The notes under the pieces were generated by a model. The model did no database searches. It worked only from the letters and a program-made list of their open reading frames with translations, and was not told where the DNA came from. Made by a program: the position numbers and the translations under genes. A stretch of 57,420 nt of DNA from Octopus sinensis (lineage: Eukaryota), in the NCBI RefSeq assembly GCF_006345805.1, contig NW_021835245.1, positions 1 through 57,420 on the forward strand, in the 5' to 3' direction. This document shows, piece by piece, positions 1-14,000 of this stretch. Position 1 is the first letter of the stretch. The number at the start of each line of letters is the position of its first letter.

Positions 1-111
1 AACGCCTGTACTTGTGTGTGCCTATATATGTATTTATGTATATATGAGTGTGTGTCTGCGTGTATATATGTATACATACATACATACATTCATACATACA
101 TACACACATAC

Positions 112-144
<33 letters not shown>

Positions 145-939
145 CATTGTGTTAGTTTCGTCTGCCCCTGATACATTCATACACATACACAAACATATTA
201 ATACATACTCCAACATGTAGATTCATATACATACTCACATATATTTATGTATGTTTATGTGTATATATAGACACACATACATTGATATATGTGTATATAT
301 ATATTCATACACCCATATGTATGTATGTATGTATTTATGTATGCATGTATGTACGTATGTATGCATGCATGTATGTATCTATGTATGTATGTATGTATGT
401 ATGTATATGTGTATGTATTTATGTATGCATGCATGCATGTATGTACGTATGTATGTATGTATGTATGTATGTATGTATGTATGTATGTATGTATGTATGT
501 ATGTATGTGTCTATCATCAATCTATCTATCTATATCTATATCTGTATATATATATGAGGTACTCCAGCATGGAAACGCCGCTGGCTGAAACCAGTAGACG
601 GTAAAAGATGAAAGATATATACATAATGTTTTGTACTAATGGGCGTACGTCGATTAATCCGTTGCTCTAACTAGACGGGCATATAACAACATGACACCCT
701 AAACTCAGGATCTTTAGCGAGACACCACTTTGTTTATGGATGTACTTGACGTGACCCAAACTGCAAAATGAACGCAACACATGTTCAACGGACTCATAAG
801 GATGGATCGAAACGATCATTTGTACAAAATAGAGATTAATACTAAATGCATCTTCTGGTTAGCCAAGTATCATTATACATACATCTATATATCTTATCTA
901 TCTATTTATCTATATACATACATACATACATACATATAT

Positions 940-985
<46 letters not shown>

Positions 986-1351
986 GTATACGCAGACACA
1001 CACATAGATACAGACACACACAGAGACACACACACGCATATATACAAGTGAAGAGACAAACGAAAGAAACATATTCTCTTGAAGTTACATTATTTAATAA
1101 AAATCTTACTAAGTTTAAGTTTGGTAGGCTCGTTTGTTAATGACATCCTTTTCTGTTCTCGATTCAAATTCCCCCAAGGTCAAGTAATTGTGTCTTTCGT
1201 ACTTTCGAGGATGATAAAATATAAAGAGTATCAATCGTTAAAGTTAAAACCGGTAAAGTTGATTTAATTGTATATGAGGCACAAGGTAGTGACAGCCAGT
1301 ATGGCTGCTGATAACTAACTGAAACCAATAAACTATGCATGTGTGTGTGTG

Positions 1352-1384
<33 letters not shown>

Positions 1385-1679
1385 TTGAGAGAGGTAGAGA
1401 GAAAATTTCTGTGTGTATTATATTTTATCTGTTATCCATTTGTTGCTTCAGTTACTGGAGAGCGGTGAAGCTGGAGCAGTACCTTCAAGTGTTGAGTCGA
1501 ACAAATGAAGGCAAAGACAGACACGGTGAGTAACATACACACAACTCACGCAAATATACATACACATGTAAATATATGCATAAAAGTGCATATATACATC
1601 TATATATATATATATAGATATATTATATATATATATATATATATACTTATGTATACATGTATGCATGTACACCACGAAG

Positions 1680-1822
1680 TTTCCCAGTGACTGACCCGAT
1701 CAACAGAATGTGCCAGATCGTGAAATGTGACAAAGTTGGTCCTTTGAATCACGGGTACTACTCCCTTTTGCAGACTGTGTGAACTGGAACTTCGTGAAAT
1801 AAAGGGTCTTCCTGAAGTACAC
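1680..1822 (-). mobile_element. SINE fragment (CORE-like)
   Basis: Minus strand reads cttcaggaagaccctttatttcacgaagttccagttcacacagtctgc..., resembling the body of the tRNA/CORE-type SINEs at 30620-30968 and 44240-44523. Confidence 0.4.
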
Positions 1823-1913
1823 CATATATATACACACACACAAGCACACACACGTAGATATATATATGCATATACATTTATACATATATAATATATATAT
1901 ATATACATTATAA

Positions 1914-2143
1914 GGCGGCGAGCTGGCAGAAACGTTAGCACGTCGGGCGAAATGCGTAGCCGTATTTCGTCTGCCGTTACGTTCCGAGTTCAAATTCCGC
2001 CGAGGACGACTTTGCCTTTCATCCTTTCTGGGTCGATAAATAAAGTACCAGTTTCGCACTGGGGTCTATGTAATCGACTTAATCCCTTTGTCTGTCCTTG
2101 TTTGTCCCCTCTATGTATAGCCCCTTGTAGGTAGTAAAGAAAT
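1914..2143 (+). mobile_element. tRNA-derived SINE family A (central gcctttcatcctttcggggtcgataaa-agtaccag domain)
   Basis: tRNA-like head (ggcggcgagctggcagaa...gagttcaaattcc), conserved central block and tail; more than 10 related copies in the window. Confidence 0.85.
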
Positions 2144-2996
2144 ATAAATATATACATATATATATACATATATATATATACATATATATATATACATGTA
2201 TATATACATATATATATATACATATACATATATACATACATATATGATATATATGTATATATATATATGTATGTATGTATGTATGCATGTATGTATATAT
2301 GTATATTAGTAAACACCAGGGTTGTTTTCTTATCTCGTGTGTTTACTCTTTCTCTTTCTGTCTATAATTCTACAGAGGCGTTTTCAAAACAAACGACCAT
2401 CTTTGAACTGTTTCTCATGTCACAGATTTTGGTAAAATTAAAAAAGCCTGGCTCCCACAGGGAATTGGTTAAGCAACAAGCAGGCGGTTGGTTAACTTTG
2501 ATAAATGGCAAGTGAAACGAAGAAATGCCAATTATGATATTTATATACGTAACTAGTAAAGGTTTATTTTTTCCTCTCCAAAACGAATAGTTTATTCTCC
2601 TGAAAAGCATTATTACAGTTAGGTTAGCAATATTAAATTCTTACTAGTGTTAAATTTCAATGAATATCTATATATGTGTGTGGCTATATATATATATAAT
2701 AATACTGTAATTGTTCCACGTGTTGTTTTTTTTTTCTGTTTTCCGTTTGGATTAACCTTATAGATATATATATATATATTATATATATATATATATATAT
2801 ACATATTGGCCTGCTCGCTTAGCCAGCAGGGTGGCTTCATTGAAGGCTAAACAACAATGCGAAGCGCATTGTGACCAGCGATGTGTTGCAACATCTGATA
2901 TCTGGTCGGTCACGGTGATCACGGTGATATATATACATATATATATACACATACACACACACACACACCACATATATATGTTGTCCTATCTATCTA

Positions 2997-3085
<89 letters not shown>

Positions 3086-3615
3086 AATATACACACGCAT
3101 TTATATATATGTATTATATGTGTATATGTCCATAATTATCTGTGACCTAAGGCAATAATATGTTCCCCGAAGATCCGTTCTGGTTCATCCTCCATACGCG
3201 TTTTGAAGATCTGTCGCAGGCTCCAGACAAACATAATGGTGAAAGCGACTTTATCGTTATTTTTCCCACATCTACCCGCCGCCACACCAAGTATATAACT
3301 GGTAATAGTACTCAGTATTGTAGTTAATTAACAGCTGCGAAAAAAAAAAGAGACTTATGAAACACTACATGGAGGTCTAAACATAACAGTAGCACTCTTA
3401 CATCTGCTTTGTACATATAATTCCAATCACATACGTACATACTTACATGCACGCACGCACACACATATTTATATACGTGTTTGCGCGCGCGTGAGTAACT
3501 AGTGTTTTTTTAAATTTTCATATGTACAAATACATAGAATAAAGCTTATTACTGCTTACGTTAAAGTTAAACTTGTTTTAATGGAACACAACCACACACA
3601 CACACACACACACAC

Positions 3616-3659
<44 letters not shown>

Positions 3660-3691
3660 CATACATACATGCATGCATACACATGTCCATA

Positions 3692-4500
3692 CAGGGTGCG
3701 GTGAATAAACTGTCTAAATAATAAAAAATGAAAATATCACTGACATCTCATTTTAACAGATATATTTACCAAAATTACACAAGAATATATAGAAATAGCA
3801 AAGAGTAAATTTATTCAATAGAATCGGCTTTGATTTGAACCACGGCCTCCAGGCGACTTCGGAATCTCTTGCAAGTCTTCTGGACGGTCTCATTGTTTAA
3901 GTTGGTGAATGCTGCCATAATCCTTGCCTTCAGTTCATTTTTGATGTTACAAGGAGTTTTCTTGGTCTCTTACTCAACTGCGCCTCACGCATAATCAAGG
4001 GGGTTGTAGTCTGGAGAGTTAGGTGACCAGATCTTACGGGTGATGCGGCCGCAGAAATCGTCTGACAGCCATGACTGGGTTCTCCTGCTTATGTGGGATG
4101 GTGTAGAGTCCTGTTGCCAGACAGAGGGCCTGACAGCAGTCACCCTCTTCACTCAGGGCAGCAGTACCTCCTCCAGGCATATGATATAGGCCTCCGTGTT
4201 AAATCTGAGGCTGCATGGGAAGATGAATGGAGGCATAACATCATCATCATTAGTGATCACTTTAGATACCCTGATATTGACTGGATGTTTGACTTTTATC
4301 ACTCTCGGTACATGTCCCCAGATTGCACTGTCCTCAAATCGACACCGAAACACTCTGAAATGTTCGTATTAGAGCTTCTAGTTCGAATGCCAAGTAGTAC
4401 AGTGTGTCGTTTCTAAATTTTTTGGGAAAACGAATTGCATCATGGTGGTGTTTTTCTCACAGACGGTGCCCAAGTGACCCTACTATACTGTGTAGTCGAC
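3692..4500 (-). mobile_element. Tc1/mariner superfamily DD37D (maT-type) transposon remnant, internally deleted
   Basis: Minus-strand translation ...VMPPFIFP..NTEAYIICLEEVLLP*VKRVTAVRPSVWQQDSTPSHISRRTQSWLSDDFCGRITRKIWSPNSPDYNPLDY...ELKARIMAAFTNL has 37 residues between the QQD aspartate and the LDY aspartate. One terminus is TA+CAGGGTG at 3690-3698. Stops are present. Confidence 0.8.
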
Positions 4501-4565
4501 AAAATCCAAAATAAACAATGCGCATTCGTGAAATTAAAATATAAATCACACGCTTACATTTACAC

Positions 4566-4601
<36 letters not shown>

Positions 4602-5855
4602 TCACACGCATTTCCAATGACTAACTGAAACTAACTGAATTAGTTTGGAATTTTGTATTTTGGTAAGTTAAGAACCATAACGTCCAGAGGGAATTGGTTG
4701 AGAAGTCAACAAATCGTTAGGTATAAGAAAAGGAGAAAAGAAAAATATAGTTTTAAGAAGTATTTAAATGTGGAACAAAACGGTAATTGCAGAGAAGAAA
4801 AGTGAACAAGTGATAGTCTTTAAATGTAGCAATGTGGTTAAGATGCTCGCCTCGCAAGCACGCGCATTTGGGTTCAGTACCACTGTTCGGCATGTTTAGC
4901 CCTCTACAAATCGACAACGGTAACCTAGGACAGGCATTGTATTGCATTGCTATTCTCCGACACAGTTTTCGGTCTTTTTGGCTTTTTACTCTTGGCTTTA
5001 GAAGAAGACAGAACAAGGTTTTCAGAATATAGATTACAAGGACAAGAACCTTCGTAGAGTGTGAGCTGCTCTATATTTGGAATATCGTGTAGGCTAGGTT
5101 TTCTCGGGATTTTTTCAAAGAAGCCACTATTTACGACCCCTTAATGTCCTTATCACAATTGGTATTATTTCCGTCTTCGGGTGCCATATCCTGCTAATTT
5201 CGATTTGTAGGTCTATATATTTAGCAAGTTTAACATATTCCGTGGCAGGCACATTTTTATTAGATGGTATTGACATGCAATGTGCATTCCAGAAGTTTTG
5301 TGACTTTTTTAGGAGAATCAGTCATAACTGTCCTAGATTGTTGCATTTTTAGTATATCACGAGCAAAACAATGGACGGTGCTGAGTTGTCAAACATTTAA
5401 ACCAAAATTTCTCAAAACAACTTGTCCGACCGTTCCATAGGCCTCCCCTTTGAAAAACACTGATTTAACCTAAATTTGAGACACCAGCAAAAGAAGAAAT
5501 AAAGATAGGCTTTTTTTCTATTCCAAAGAAAAACGATTTTATTCACACAAATATGCAACCGAAGAGTTTAAAGTACCAGTAATGATAAGGCTGTTGACTG
5601 GTAGAACACAAACATGGTTTAAACAGTAAGCTTGGCCGGAAAGAACGTGCCTTTAAGCAGTACAAAAACAACAAAACAATACAAGGTGCAGTTATGTACA
5701 GGTTGACGGAAGAAAAGCAGGACAATAACGATGCATGCAAATGGGATAGCTGGAGGTAAATATAGATGGACGGATTATATACGTTTATATATATTTACGA
5801 GTACAAATGCACGTTCCCGCGGCTTTATCGATTGCATTCTCCCCTGGAATCGATT

Positions 5856-6372
5856 TGGGGTAAAATATACTAAGCCTAGTATACCCATCATGACTACCCG
5901 TCTGATAAGAGTGCACCAGGCACATGCATCACAACAATATGTGCGCGACATGATTTCATATCAAGATAAACAGCACATGACCTTGCAAGTGGGGCCCAAT
6001 TAGAATTTTCTTAAGGTCGAGTAGCCCATCCCGCTCAAAAGGTCCCTGAATAAGGGTTGTTTAAGGATGTTGAATGAAGCACTCATGTTTCCAAGGGTGA
6101 ATTATTCAAACCCCAAAGAATCCCTCTCAACACATGGCTATGATGCTTCGCCGCTACTTCTGCTCGTGATCAGAGATACACATATCGTCAGCCACTAAGG
6201 GACATGCTCAACTGGTTAAGGTCAAACAACTGACAAGCAAATCTGTGGTATTGAGCAGAATATTTGCTGTAGCCCATCTTTTATACCAAGACAGAACAAT
6301 GTACATGATAACACTTCCATCAGTTAAGATCAGAAACCATGAGAGCCACTGCTTGGTACTGCATCAGGACAT
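5856..6372 (-). mobile_element. ~520-560-bp non-autonomous element, copy 1, abutting (ATT)n
   Basis: Near-identical to 10803-11334 and related to 20399-20600, 41143-41430 and 52847-54265; followed by an (ATT)n tract at 6372-6716. Confidence 0.8.
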
Positions 6373-6406
6373 TTATTATTATTATTATTATTATTTTATA
6401 TTATTA

Positions 6407-6454
<48 letters not shown>

Positions 6455-6456
6455 CA

Positions 6457-6519
<63 letters not shown>

Positions 6520-6585
6520 TTATTATCATGTTATTATTATTATTATTCTTATTATATTATTATTATATTATTATTATTATCATTG

Positions 6586-6616
<31 letters not shown>

Positions 6617-6618
6617 CA

Positions 6619-6655
<37 letters not shown>

Positions 6656-6657
6656 CA

Positions 6658-6695
<38 letters not shown>

Positions 6696-6716
6696 CATTA
6701 TTATTATTATTATATA
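6372..6716. repeat. (ATT)n microsatellite
   Basis: Direct reading; source of the poly-Y/I/L ORFs. Confidence 0.95.
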
Positions 6717-6717
6717 A

Positions 6718-6920
6718 AGGCAGTGAGCTGGTAGAATCGTTAGCAAAATGCTTAGCGGTATTTTGTCGTCCGACTTTGAACGTTCTGTGTTCAAACCCCG
6801 TCGAGGTCAGCTTCGTCTTTCAATCTTTCGGTGTCGATAAAATAAGTACCAGTTGAGTACTGGGGTCGATGTAATCGACCTCCCTCGAAATTGTAAACCT
6901 TGTACAAACATTTGAAACCA
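6718..6920 (+). mobile_element. SINE family A copy (diverged)
   Basis: ggcagtgagctggtagaatcgttagc...tttcggtgtcgataaaataagtaccagttgagtactggggtcgatgtaatcgac. Confidence 0.75.
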
Positions 6921-6999
6921 TAATTATTGTGAACAGTGAATTTTTGCAGTGTTGGAAGCATTGCATCAAAGTTGGTTGTTAAATAATATTATTTCATTA

Positions 7000-9113
7000 T
7001 TGTTGTAATCACCTTGATGCTGGTGAAGGAGGTGTAGTGTAAATCGGTGTTGGTCGTGGTGGTGGTGGTGGCGAGGGTGCCGTTGCTGTTGCTGCCACTC
7101 TTGATGATAATGACGGTGCATATGATTATTGTAGTGGTAGCGGTTGTGATAGTGTAGGTCATGCTGCTGATAATATTTACGGTTAATATTCATGTCGATG
7201 ATAATGGCTTTGGTGACCTCTGCTGGTAGTGGTAGTAGTAAGGGCAGTGGGGGTGATAGCATTGGTGATGATGATGATGATGATGATGATGACGATGATT
7301 ATGAGAGTGACGACGACGATGATGATGGTAATGATGATGATGATGATGATGAGGAGGAGGAGGAGGAGGAGGAGGAGGATGACAACGACGACGACGATGT
7401 TGATAATGATGATGATGTGGAGGATGACGAACACAATGATGACGGTGATGTTGAAGATGTTGAAGATGATGACGACGATGATGATGGTGGTGCTGATGAG
7501 ATGATGACGATGATGATGCTGATGAAGATGATGATGATGATGAAGATAAAGACGATGATGATGATTGGGGATGATGAAGCTGATGATTATGATGATGATT
7601 ATGATGATTATACTGATGACGACGACGACGACGATGATTATGATGTTGCTGTTGCTGTTGCTGCTGCTGATGATGATGATGATGACAACGATAATGATGA
7701 TGGCGGTTTCGATAACGATGAGGTTGTCGGTCGTGGTGGTGGTGGTGGCGGAGGGAGGTTTTTTTAGTGTTACTGTTTCTAGTAGAAGTGGTCAGTGCAG
7801 CGGCGGCAGTTGGAGGTGGTGGTAGTCGTGTTAGTTCTTTTTTTGATGGGTCCTTTGTAATTGTAGTGGTGGTTGTGGTAATGGTTGTAGTGGTGGTTTT
7901 GTTTTAGATATAGATGGAGGTCATGCTCTTTGGCAGACAAGGACGAGCATATGCCATTAGACAAAGGTAGTCATTCTCAACATTGTCATTCTCCTCTTCC
8001 TCCTCCTCCTCCTCCTCGACATCATCGTCGCCGTCGTCACCATCCCCATCAGCCACAACCGCCTTCAAGATTTTCACGATGCTGACGACCACAATATTTC
8101 GCATCCGTTGCTATATCATCACAATCACCATAATCACCGTTCTCACTATCCTCCCCACCCCCACCAACACAACTCTCTTCTCCCTCCTCCACTTCGTCCT
8201 TCTCCTCATACTCTTACTCATCATCATCATCATCATTGTCATCATCGTCCTCATCAGCATTGTGAACATCATGATGACCGCTGCCAAACAGCCATCAACC
8301 AGTAATTACCCGCGTCATCTTAGTTATAGTTCTCCCCTCTTCCTCTTCTCCTCCCCTTTCTATTCATCATTGTGTATCATAACCACCACCACCACCACCA
8401 TCACTGCTAACGTCGTCACCGTGATAATGATGATGATCATCATCATCATCGTCATCGTCATAATCATCATCGTCGTCATCATCATCATCACTGTCATCAT
8501 GGTTATAAACATCAGAATCATGAACTGGAACTCCATCAATCATCATCATCATCATCACCACCACCACCACCACCACCACCACCACCATCACCATCTTCAT
8601 CCTCCTCCTTCTCACCATCACCATCGTCATCATGGTCAGCATTATCGGCAACACTAACAATAGCAACAACAATAGCAAAACATCGTTATCCCGATCAATC
8701 AACACAACTATCATCATCAATCATTCTGACTCCCCACCCTACACCTGCTGCCTGACAACACCTCCCCTCATGCCAACTGGCACCCCCTACAATAACACCA
8801 CCACGCCCGCCGCCACAACCACCGCTATATCTACTTTTGTTGTGTGAATTGTACTCCTCATACGCTCAAAACATTTACTTACAGTCACCATCATCATCAT
8901 CATCATTGCCATCATCATCTGCAGCAGCAGCGACACTAGCAGCAGTAGCAGCATCACCATCATCATCATCATTGTTGTCATCGTCATCACTATCATCGTC
9001 CATCGTCGTTACTACCACCACCACCACCACCACCGCAGTCATTATCGTTAATAAATAGAAACCATAAATATTATCATTAGCAGCATCATTTTCAGCACAA
9101 TTATCACAACTGC

Positions 9114-9149
<36 letters not shown>

Positions 9150-9245
9150 ATTCCTCGTCGTCATTGTCGTCGTCGTCATTATCATCGTCGTCATTATCAT
9201 CATCGTCGTCATTATCACCATCATCATCATCATCATCATTGCTGC
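7000..9245. repeat. Mosaic trinucleotide low-complexity block (GAT/GGT, then CAT/CAC/CAG)
   Basis: Direct reading; produces poly-D/M/H/I pseudo-ORFs in several frames. Confidence 0.9.
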
Positions 9246-9499
9246 AATGTCAACCCTCCACCACAGACCGGACACATATAGGACAGTTTCGTTGGACAGT
9301 TAACTCTGCCACTGCATGACCAAAGGTTTCTACAAGTTAACCCCTACTAGCCCTCTTACTTCAAAACGCTTCAGCCGTTGTCTCCATCATCATTACTCAG
9401 CATCCAGTCCGTGAGGTGTTGCGAGCAATCGAAAGCTTCCCAGATGTTAGAAATGTAATCTTGATATCTAAACTGTAGAGAATAAAGACCTCTTAAACA

Positions 9500-10370
9500 T
9501 AAAGCAAGATGGAGACTATTCTCTGTGACTTTTTAATTGTGATTTTTTAACTGGTGATGTCATATATTTTAGGAGAGTCATTTGGTATTTTATATATCGC
9601 AAGGACTAGTTTATAAATAGAAGTGAAAGACTCAAAACTGTGTTAAACAAAGAGAATAAATATTATTAACAAGTGATTCATGACACACTGCCATACTGTT
9701 CCTGCCCTACTACAAGTCTTATATCAAGGAATCACTGTGCGTGATTCATATATATATATATATATATACACACATGTATATGTATATATATATATATGTA
9801 TGTATGCATATTCGCATATATTCATATACGTATATATATATACACACACACACATACATACATACATATATAAGTAATAGATACATCCATGTAATGCAAT
9901 ATTTACTGCAAATAATCAACATATTGGTGTAACTGATTCTAATATAAGAACAATTATTGATTATCGAGCTGGGCCCATAAGACCTACTAATAATCAGACT
10001 AACCTTGCTTACGTGAAAAATCACTGTGTCCAATTAATAACCAGTACCTTAAAAAAATATTATGTATAAGTGTTCTGTCTTGCTCCTGGTAAAGAACATG
10101 TTCATGCGTCCTCTTCCTCATTCAAACTTCGCTGGAATAATCACAAATCTACATTTAGACATAAAGATCAGGCTAATAGTACATTTCTAGCTATATTTGT
10201 ACACTCCCTCCTTGATAATAGCAGTTAATATAAATTGCTTGGTATATCGTACGCAAGACAACCATAAAAACATGCGGTCTGAGCAGCTTTAGGATAAATT
10301 TAAATCGAATATTCTTAATCAACGTGATGCATTGATTATAAGATACCAGCAACTCAAATATCAACCATTT
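9500..10370 (+). mobile_element. Decayed Penelope-like element (RT C-terminus plus GIY-YIG endonuclease)
   Basis: Pieces translate to CDFLIVIF*L..LYIARTS (similar to PLE RT 'DFLDVT..L..LYI'), NIMYKCSV/GKEHVHASSSSFKLRWNNHKSTFRHKDQANSTFLA (similar to GIY-YIG 'FK.R..NHK.SF....ST.L') and ILNQRDALII (similar to C-terminal 'LN.R.EL'). Frameshifted and interrupted by a TA/CA microsatellite at about 9745-9890. Confidence 0.6.
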
Positions 10371-10700
10371 CTATATGCTAGCCGTAGCTAACCTTACAAT
10401 TAATTATTATATCTAAACTAACAAACTTTATAACTTAGATCAATGCCAATGAATAATTTCCTATCCATGGTTAACGATAATTTGATCTTACATTTGTAAG
10501 AGATAATGTATTAGCCAATATCCTGACATTCTGTAGTTTGTAAAAATATTTAGTTATTGGTTTATAGCGTTACAGGCCACTATATCTATATTTTATGCCT
10601 TAACTATTTTTACGTATTATTGAAGATGTTACCGCAATTCTACACCTTGACATTTCCTTGATTACACACCTGATAGCTTCTCAGATATTATTATTATCAC

Positions 10701-10776
<76 letters not shown>

Positions 10777-10802
10777 TATTATTATTATTATATTATTATT
10801 AT

Positions 10803-11334
10803 TGAGTGAGCGAGCAGAGCATGCCATCAAAGTGACACTGGGGTAAAATATACGAAGCCCAGTATACCCATCATGACTACCCGTCTGATAAGGGTACACC
10901 AGGCACATGCATCACAACCATATGTGCGCGACATGGTGATCTCATATCAAGATAAACAGCACATGACCTTGCAGGTGGAGCCCAGTTAGAATTTTCTTCA
11001 GATCGAGTAACCCATCCCGCTCAAAAGGTCCCTGAATAAGGGTTGTTTAAGGACGTTGAACGAAACACCCATGTTTCCAGAAGTGAATTATTCAGACCCC
11101 AAAGAATCCTTCTCAACACATGGCTATGATGCTCCCCCACTACTTCTGCTCGTGATCAGAGATGCACATATCGTCAGCCACTAAGGGACATGCTCAACTG
11201 GTTAAGGTCAAACAACTGACAAGCAAATATGTGGTATTGAGCAGAATATTTGCTGTAGCCCATCTTTTATACCAAGACAAAACAATGTACATGATAACAC
11301 TTCCAATCAGTTAAGATCAGAAGCCATGAGAGCA
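10803..11334 (-). mobile_element. ~530-bp non-autonomous element, copy 2, flanked by (ATT)n on both sides
   Basis: gagtgagcgagcagagcatgccatcaaag...gaagccatgagagc, with ATT tracts at 10686-10802 and 11335-11548. Confidence 0.85.
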
Positions 11335-11382
<48 letters not shown>

Positions 11383-11454
11383 TTATTATTATTATTATTA
11401 CTATTATTATTATTATTATTACTATTATTGTTGTTGTTGCTATTGTTGTTGTTG

Positions 11455-11489
<35 letters not shown>

Positions 11490-11548
11490 GTTATTATTAT
11501 TATTATTATTGTTATTATTGTTATCATTATCATTGTTATTATTATTTT

Positions 11549-12400
11549 CATATACGCATAATAGATTAGACTGTGGGAAAGGAAAAAATATTAACATCGG
11601 GCTACAACAAGTAGCCTTAGATGCCAAGAACCCTCTTAAGTATCCTAGCTGTCCCTAATAACACTGCTTTCTGGAGCTGTAGTAAACTGGGTTTTATGCC
11701 TATTTTCTCTATCCGTCTGTTCAGATCTTCAGGAATAGTTCCCAATGCACCAATGCATTTTACCCGCACTCTCCATAGTCTCTGTAATTCAATAGCTAAG
11801 TCCTGGTGCTTTGCTATTTTTTCTATACCTCTCGTATTGATTTTTCATCATTTGGGAATGTAAAGTCAATTAATTGGCATTTTCTATTCTCGTTATCAGG
11901 CCTTCCAGCTTCTATTACTCTGTCAGTCTCAATGTTAAAGTACCACAACATCTTATATTTCTTACTTTCTAGTACTTTACGAGTACTTTGATAGGTTTAT
12001 CTAAAACATTGCTCCAGAACTTTCTAGCTTCTTCTGCATTAGATTTCTCATCTTCAGTACTTCGTTTTCTACTATTCATTTTGTTATAAAATCTCCTATG
12101 GTCTGTCTCAAATAATCTAGTCTGTTCATAATCTAGTCTATTCTTTTCTTATGTGTGGAGAGCTTGCCTGCTACTGCAATGATACGCTGTTTCAACTCTT
12201 CTATTACTGTCCCAAACCCTTTCTCTTTGACTAATTATCTTTTCTCAAAGGAAGATTTGCATCTTGTTTTTCCTAACTTGTTCAGTTTCCATGCATCTAT
12301 TCTACTCAGATCTTGTCTTACAGTCGTCACTTTATTTTGTAGTCCCCTTTTCCACATTTGCTCTTTCTTAATCTTTCCCTGTGAGAATTCAAAGCAATGA
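11549..12400 (-). mobile_element. R4/Dong-clade non-LTR retrotransposon, RT deleted, with RLE endonuclease end and (AAT)n tail
   Basis: Minus strand KGFGTVIEELKQRIIAVAGKL..YEQTRLFETDHRRFY..AEEARKFWSNVLDKP is joined directly to IDFTFPNDEKSIRGIEKIAKHQDLAIELQRLWRV..IGALGTIP..LQKAVLLGTARILKRVLGI*, then a short 3'UTR and an AAT tail. Confidence 0.85.
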
Positions 12401-12969
12401 ATAGTATCTTACGAAACCGTGGTATGCTTGAATCTCTTTAATAATCTCATAATAATGACTTTTATGACTTTTATTACTATTATTCCTACCTCAGTTCATC
12501 TAATTGTATATAGATGTCGTTACCTTTCATAAAAAGCCTTTACTTTTTTTATTTACAATGCGTATTTTCGTTGATTTTTCTTACTTTCCCCTTACATTAC
12601 CACGTGTAGTTTCTATTTTCTTTTTGTAACATATTTCTATTATAGATATATGTATATAGATATATGCTTATATATTTGTTTATAGCAAGCCGTCCATCCG
12701 ACAGACACTTCAAATCATTCTTAAATATTCAGCCGAAAATGAGAAACTGACCGGGACCGGTGCACCCTCCCCACTTCTTTCTCTCTCCTCCAGTTGTCAC
12801 ATGTCTGACGTTCCGCTGTTCACGGGTGAAAGGGTCGAGAGGGTGTGGATCACTGCTCGTGATTACACGGAGATGTAAAGCAATTAACGAAAGCATGGTA
12901 TATGTTACCAGTTCATACTCACTTGCCAGTGACGGCTGTGTCTTAATTTTGTTTTTGTTTTTTAAATTA

Positions 12970-13514
12970 GTACAACAATAATGATGCTCATCAACAGCAG
13001 TAGCGACAACGCCAGCAACAGCAGTAGTGGCAGTGGCAGCAGCCGCCACAACAACAGAAGCAACTACGATAAGAAAAGAACCACAGCTAAGATAGAAACT
13101 ATAATGAAAGGAACGTCAACAACAACATCAACAATAAGAACAACAACATCAACAGCAACAACAACAATAGCATCAACAACCATAAATACAACGACGTAAG
13201 TAGTCGCGACAGCGACTGGAAATCCAACAACAACGTCACCACTAGCAACACAGCAGCAGCAGCAACAACAACAAGAAAGACAACGAGAAAGACAACATAA
13301 AGAACAACAATAATTACAAATGTAATAAAAAAAGGAAATCAACGACAAAAACAACGTATTAACAAAATCAACAACGACACCATCACCTCCACGATAACAT
13401 CCATCATCAACATCACTATCACCACTGCCACCAACTCCATCACAATTACCCATACCACCAATACCATCACCAGCATCCACCACCACCATGATCACCACCA
13501 CCACCACCACCACC

Positions 13515-13559
<45 letters not shown>

Positions 13560-14000
13560 GCAACTACTACTACTACTGCTACTACTACTATCATCCCAAG
13601 ACCAGTCTCTCGATCACCAGCACCACATCCACCACAACCACCACAAACACCACCACCACCACCACCACCATCACCACTACCACCACTACCACAATAACAA
13701 TCACAACAACAGCAACAACAAAAGCAAAAAATGTCATCTCTGAATAGTAACAACAATAACAATAATAGTATGAAAAGCAAAAAAAATAAATAAAACACAG
13801 CAACAACAAGCGACACTACCACCACCACCACCACCACCGCCACCATTAACACAACCAACAACAACAACAAGAACTACTACTACTACTACTACAATAATAT
13901 CAAAAACGATAACAACACTAACAAAACCACCACAAACCACTACCACTACCATCACCGCCACCGCCAACAACAGCAACAACAACTACCACAACAAAAGCAC
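12970..14000. repeat. CAA/CAC/TAC trinucleotide low-complexity block
   Basis: Direct reading. Confidence 0.9.

Noticed and set aside
790-820. ctcataa-ggatggatc-gaaacgatc as a hammerhead
   Set aside because: Core G5 is missing, and stems I-III do not pair.
6290-6372. HDV-like ribozyme at the 5' end of the 560-bp element
   Set aside because: A partial P1 (gccctga/tcatggc) can be drawn, but I could not fit P3/L3, the P1.1 GG or the J4/2 catalytic C by eye; it needs a covariance search.
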